64,000 nt of DNA from a virus: the IMG/VR virus record IMGVR_UViG_3300022747_000017; one strand, written 5' to 3'. Position 1 is the first letter of the stretch. Every line of letters begins with the position of its first letter. Both the position numbers and the translations under genes were made by a program. Positions 62,088 through 64,000 of the stretch are shown in pieces. A model generated the notes under the pieces. It ran no database searches. It was not told the origin of the DNA and saw only the letters and a program-made list of their open reading frames with translations.

Positions 62088-62827
62088 ACCTCCTTGTAGA
62101 TTTTGAGAATTTCTAGCACAGCAGGGTGACGTTGAATGTCCTTATGGTCGAATTCAATGCCTGCCACGTACTTACAATTACGGTAATTGTCCACCAAACG
62201 CATAAAGTTTAACAGACCGTTGTCTGCTTCTTTACGATCCGCTTGTCGGGTGTCACCAGTGACTATCATTTTAGAGCCTTCGCCTAATCGCGTGAGTAAC
62301 ATTTTCATCTGACTTGGTGTCGCGTTTTGCATTTCATCTGCAATAATCCACGAGTTTTTAAATGTTCTTCCTCTCATATATGCTAGTGGAGAGATCTCAA
62401 TAGTATTTTCGTCTAGCATTTTTGCGATGTCGCTTTGTCTATAATGTTCGCCAATGATGTCAAAGATAGGTCTAGTCCAAGGCGCCATTTTTTCATTTAG
62501 CGTTCCTGGTAAAAAGCCATGGTCCTCGTCATCAACTCCAACTGCTGGTCTCGTAACAACAATACGCTCAACTTCACCTGCCTGATATGCTTTGAGTGCG
62601 GCTAATACTGCGAGCATGGTTTTACCTGTGCCTGCTGGGCCTGATGCAAAGACTATCAATTTGCCTGGATTAGTTAAAAGTTCAATGTACGATTCTTGTG
62701 TTAGACTTTTTGGGATTAACGAGATATGACGTGGGCTTTTTCGATAAGAGTCCATTCGGACTGTGTTATTACTACTAAAACTACTTTCAGTTGCGAGAGC
62801 TTCTGCTCTACGTTGACGTTTTGACAA
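62084..62827 (-). CDS. phoH: PhoH-like ATPase
   Basis: GPAGTGKT, IVVTRP, GFLPG, LAYMRGRTF, IIADEMQN, TRLGEGSKM, GDTRQ; AGGAGG RBS before TTG. Confidence 0.95.
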   Translation of the reverse strand: MSKRQRRAEALATESSFSSNNTVRMDSYRKSPRHISLIPKSLTQESYIELLTNPGKLIVFASGPAGTGKTMLAVLAALKAYQAGEVERIVVTRPAVGVDDEDHGFLPGTLNEKMAPWTRPIFDIIGEHYRQSDIAKMLDENTIEISPLAYMRGRTFKNSWIIADEMQNATPSQMKMLLTRLGEGSKMIVTGDTRQADRKEADNGLLNFMRLVDNYRNCKYVAGIEFDHKDIQRHPAVLEILKIYKEV

Positions 62828-62993
62828 ATGTACCTCCTAGTTGTCAGTAAACAATTGCTGTCTACAAGAATATTTACGGTACAGTGGTCCAGGGTTTTAA
62901 CAGGGTATTTAACTATTGCAAAACGGACTAAGTATTATGCTTACCCCAGTCACTATTGACATATCTCAAATATTGTAATACAATCTATTACAC

Positions 62994-64000
62994 ATGGAAA
63001 ATCACGAACATAACCCCAAGCTAGGTTACTACACAGTTGGGGACAATATTTTTTACCTCAAACCACAGGCTCTAATAGAAGCAACTAAAACCAATCAGTT
63101 CCCTGAATGGAATTTTAATCGATCTGTATTTGATCAAGTCAATTGGGTAGTTGAGCCCGAGACTAGCCTAAAAGAACTTTACAAGATTAGAGCACAACAA
63201 TTACGTGACAAATACGATTGGATCCGTGTCGAGGCCAGCGGCGGTGGCGACAGCACTACAGCTATCTTTAGTTTCTTACACAACGATATTCACCTAGACG
63301 AAGTTGTATTTCGTTATCCCAAAACAGGCGAAAAGGATGTGCACAACGATCCCTTTAATACCAAGTGCGAAAACACTTTGAGTGAATGGGAATTTGCGGC
63401 CAAGCCATTGCTAGACTGGATTTCAACACACTATCCCAAAGTTAAAATTACTGTACACGACTATAGCGAAAACATGTTGCAGGGTGAGCAAGACGAGACC
63501 TGGGTGTTAAAGACCAAGGACTACTTTCAACCCGGGCATGCATTCAAACACGATAACATCGGATTTGTTGATCACCGGCGTGCAGCTGATTCGGGCAAAA
63601 ACATCTGTGTACTCTACGGCATAGACAAACCCAAGATGTGTATCAAAGATGGAAAATGGTATGTGTATTTTATGGATCTACAGGCCAACCATAGTAACAG
63701 CATTGTTTACGAATACACAAACATTACCAATGAATACTTTTATTGGACACCAGACTGCCCGGAGATAGTCCATAAGCAAGCGCATATAATCAAAACATGG
63801 TTTAGTTTGCCGCAAAACAAATTCCTGCAATATCTAGTACGATGGCCCAACTATTCAATTGCACACAGAACAGCATATGAACAGATGGTCAAACCCTTAA
63901 TCTATCCGGACTATAATCCAGCAACATTCCAGGTGGCTAAACCGTCTAACAGTTTCTACAACGAAATGGACTTTTGGTTTTATACTAACTTTAAAGACAC
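62994..64000 (+). CDS. PP-loop family protein (partial, runs off window), paralog of 409-1515
   Basis: Manual translation MENHEHNPKLGYY...RAQQLRDKYDWIRVEASGGGDS...IHLDE; TTGACA-N17-TACAAT promoter; missing from the ORF track because no stop falls in the window. Confidence 0.7.
   Translation, partial: MENHEHNPKLGYYTVGDNIFYLKPQALIEATKTNQFPEWNFNRSVFDQVNWVVEPETSLKELYKIRAQQLRDKYDWIRVEASGGGDSTTAIFSFLHNDIHLDEVVFRYPKTGEKDVHNDPFNTKCENTLSEWEFAAKPLLDWISTHYPKVKITVHDYSENMLQGEQDETWVLKTKDYFQPGHAFKHDNIGFVDHRRAADSGKNICVLYGIDKPKMCIKDGKWYVYFMDLQANHSNSIVYEYTNITNEYFYWTPDCPEIVHKQAHIIKTWFSLPQNKFLQYLVRWPNYSIAHRTAYEQMVKPLIYPDYNPATFQVAKPSNSFYNEMDFWFYTNFKD

Noticed and set aside
1-64000. Genome-wide TAG recoding (code 15)
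   Set aside because: Long genes are uninterrupted in code 11 and TAG terminates several genes followed by normal downstream starts; only one candidate internal TAG was seen.

Overview
Segment of a very large (jumbo-type) tailed dsDNA phage genome; nearly all real genes are on the + strand and only phoH is on the - strand. It carries core phage genes (ATP-dependent DNA ligase, clamp-loader subunit, GroES-like co-chaperonin, a stand-alone DnaE fragment, four tail/baseplate proteins, PhoH), an NAD+ salvage pair (NAMPT + NadM-Nudix), and a translation toolkit (circularly permuted two-piece tmRNA, a tRNA best read as an amber suppressor, IF-1, a GGQ release-factor-like protein, an L7/L12-like domain, a YafQ/RelE-like nuclease). 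The most unusual feature is a ~14 kb array (15769-29920) of about 55 short, translationally coupled ORFs. These have highly variable N-terminal parts but share a C-terminal F-x-L-[RK]-W helix whose codons also supply a Shine-Dalgarno-like sequence and the overlapping stop/start for the next gene. Two members carry fragments that resemble a major capsid protein and a P-loop ATPase. A second cassette family with the same design (MNERI...FGVE) is scattered over 48-60.6 kb. Other notable signals are a gene apparently interrupted by one TAG just downstream of the suppressor tRNA, unassigned structured RNAs after that tRNA, a shared hairpin in the 5' UTRs of both NAD-salvage units, and many leaderless promoters. 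All family assignments come from motif recognition by eye; no searches were run.
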